36,539 nt of DNA from Basidiobolus meristosporus CBS 931.73. Its lineage: Eukaryota > Fungi > Basidiobolomycota. The position numbers were made by a program, and so were the translations under genes. Shown in pieces: positions 34,703 through 36,539 of the stretch; positions within the stretch are counted from its first letter, which is position 1, and the number at the start of each line of letters is the position of its first letter. The stretch covers positions 1-36,539 of the forward strand of contig MCFE01000783.1 in assembly GCA_002104905.1 (NCBI GenBank), given 5' to 3'. The notes beneath the pieces are model-generated. The model had not been told where the DNA came from. It saw only the letters and a program-made list of their open reading frames with translations, and ran no database searches.

Positions 34703-35368
34703 TCGCAAAAGGAATCCTTGATGCAGTCATAGACACGCCGAAGTCTACGTGATGATAACAGTACACTGAGAAATCCTTATCTGTGGAAGTGGGTGATGCT
34801 TTATCAGTATAATGCTAAGCCTGCCTCGGTCAATAATATATAATAATAATGCAGCTATTTTCAAGAACGAAAAACGTCGTGAAGATGCCTAGATAGTCAG
34901 GTGAATCATGGCTTAGCCGGGGCACCCACCTAGATGAAATAACACCAGTCATTGCTTATGCCCCATACTTCCTTCTGAGCCATGTACACTACTTTCATCT
35001 TTCCTGTCCCCTACTTGCCATCCGTGATTGGCAGCTAAGAATAACCCGAAGCCTAGCTGAAATTGGCTAACAGCCACTTGCACCAAACCTTACGACGTTT
35101 AATTGCACTGATACATAGCCATCCAAGGACTAGTGCCAAGAGCACTCGGTTGTTCCCAAGCAATAGCCAATCAGCACCTGGGAGGCTGCTGGTGCTGGGT
35201 GGCCAGGTTACGCTGGTAACAAACAGTCAACAGTCCAAATAAGGCACCCATTACATAGTGGCCCTAACCCTGCTAATACTTGCGTAACTTATGCCTGATT
35301 TGGGTTTCTGCAGCAAAGGCTTAGTCACCGAAGGCAAAATTGGTAACCCTAGACACCATGGTTGTCAC

Positions 35369-35377
35369 TATATATAT
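35369..35377 (+). promoter_or_regulatory. TATA-like element
   Basis: TATATATAT 47 nt before the ATG at 35416. Confidence 0.4.
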
Positions 35378-35415
35378 CGGCCCGGTGGGTTGGATGGAGC
35401 AGTAAAAAAATCCAT

Positions 35416-35874
35416 ATGAAATTCTCTACAGCATCCATTCCCATTGCCATTGCTCTTGCCGCTGGCGCGACTGCTGCTCCTGTTGGGTCGCCTAGCCAAT
35501 GCAACGGTTGGGCGGTCAGCTCTCTTGAGCACGCTGCTGGTCCGAAGCCATCGACGTTCTCTTCCAACGATAAAGTCATTGTGAAATGGACCTCTGCCGA
35601 CTCCCAAGTGACCACCATTCGAGAGGTGGACCTGTTTAGCGCGAAGGATCACCAATTCCTGCATACACAGTACCGCAGCTATCCAGGGGTAAGCGTCTCC
35701 AACGGCCAGCTCCCCTTCACACTCAGCGTGCCACTCTGCCTGCAACGTGATGGCGAGTACTATATCAGGGTTTACTCCAGCACTCCCGGCCAAGATATGG
35801 ACTGTTACTCCCAAACCCCCGTCTTCAAACTCACACCAGACCCCAAAGGGAACTTCACTCAATGTACTAACTAG
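35416..35874 (+). CDS. Small secreted 152-aa, 4-Cys protein, possibly a beta-sandwich (Kre9/Knh1 N-terminal-like)
   Basis: ATG at 35416. Signal MKFSTASIPIAIALAAGATA. The pattern VIVKW...VDLF...SNGQLPFTLSVP...DGEYYIRV...YSQTPVFKL suggests an Ig-like fold (weak). Confidence 0.8.
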   Translation: MKFSTASIPIAIALAAGATAAPVGSPSQCNGWAVSSLEHAAGPKPSTFSSNDKVIVKWTSADSQVTTIREVDLFSAKDHQFLHTQYRSYPGVSVSNGQLPFTLSVPLCLQRDGEYYIRVYSSTPGQDMDCYSQTPVFKLTPDPKGNFTQCTN

Positions 35875-36230
35875 CACTGTACCATTCTTCATCACATCTC
35901 GTAAATAAATCTTTGTCACGTGTATTCATCTGGTCAAGAGCCTGCCTTCATTCGAATAGCATATGCATCGTCGCACATCCTGGTTTGTTTGGATGGCAAT
36001 GCTGGAGTCAGATCTCCACTGGATTTGATTCACATCGCAGACTCAGGGAGATCTGCACCTACTATGGTGTCACTGTATAGGACTAACAATACTGCATGGG
36101 ACAGCATTTTTCGATCAACATGGTGCATACAGCGGATCATGCTGCACTCCTACAAGATCACCGTAATTTGAGCCATGTTTGGCACCCTTAAATTTTGCTC
36201 GCTTTACATGTGGTTTGAATGAGTTCGCCG

Positions 36231-36267
36231 CATTCATCCGCATCCATCCGCATCCATCCGCATCCAT
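36231..36267 (+). repeat. CATCCATCCG decamer repeat just upstream of TATATAA (36274-36280)
   Basis: cattcatccg catccatccg catccatccg catccat read directly. Confidence 0.85.
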
Positions 36268-36324
36268 ACACAATATATAAGCCGGCGGTGACCGTTTCTA
36301 GCTAATCATTCCAACTCTTTCAAT

Positions 36325-36539
36325 ATGAAGTACTCCAGCGCTACTCTTCTTGTTGTTCTCTCGGCTGCTTTGGCCGTCAACGCTACAGTCATGGAACGCT
36401 CTTACGACCAGGCTACAAAGGCGTGGGTGACTACGATGACTATGATGGCAATGGCAATGGCCATGGAAAGAAATATGGCGGCGGCGGTGATGGTGGTGAC
36501 TACGACGATGACTACGATGGCAACGGCCGTGGAAAGAAA
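36325..36539 (+). CDS. 5' part of a secreted Gly/Asp/Tyr-rich protein with an apparent 1-nt frameshift (runs off the window)
   Basis: Signal MKYSSATLLVVLSAALAVNA. From 36411 the alternative frame reads GYKGVGDYDDYDGNGNGHGKKYGGGGDGGDYDDDYDGNGRGKK. Confidence 0.7.
   Translation, partial: MKYSSATLLVVLSAALAVNATVMERSYDQATKAWVTTMTMMAMAMAMERNMAAAVMVVTTTMTTMATAVER

Noticed and set aside
35368-35919. 183-aa minus-strand ORF
   Set aside because: Antisense shadow of the signal-peptide gene at 35416-35874.

Overview
Eukaryotic DNA, most likely from a non-Dikarya fungus (inferred from 50-60 nt GT-AG introns, TATA boxes, copia elements and gene content). The window has three zones. (1) 1-9700: a head-to-tail array of at least four copies of a 222-aa secreted, 6-Cys protein gene. 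The coding copies differ by only about 2-5 nt, but the spacers are clearly diverged and mosaic. Three spacers carry the decayed 3' end of a convergent Gly/Asn-rich gene whose stop codon lies 403-405 bp from the array gene's stop. (2) About 9900-26800: a strongly CpG-depleted Ty1/copia graveyard with about 11 copies or relics of a 349-bp LTR family, a broken gag-pol, an inverted gag, and a 1.23-kb tandem duplication of an unidentified relic ORF. (3) 26830-36539: a CpG-normal gene cluster. It holds an unknown multi-exon gene, a secreted DUF3472-like protein, a three-exon secreted BtuF/CBA1-like binding protein, a bacterial-type alpha/beta-hydrolase pseudogene, a small secreted Cys protein and a frameshifted secreted Gly/Asp/Tyr-rich protein. 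Family assignments come from motifs I recognised by eye, and counts are manual. No rRNA, tRNA or CRISPR array was seen.
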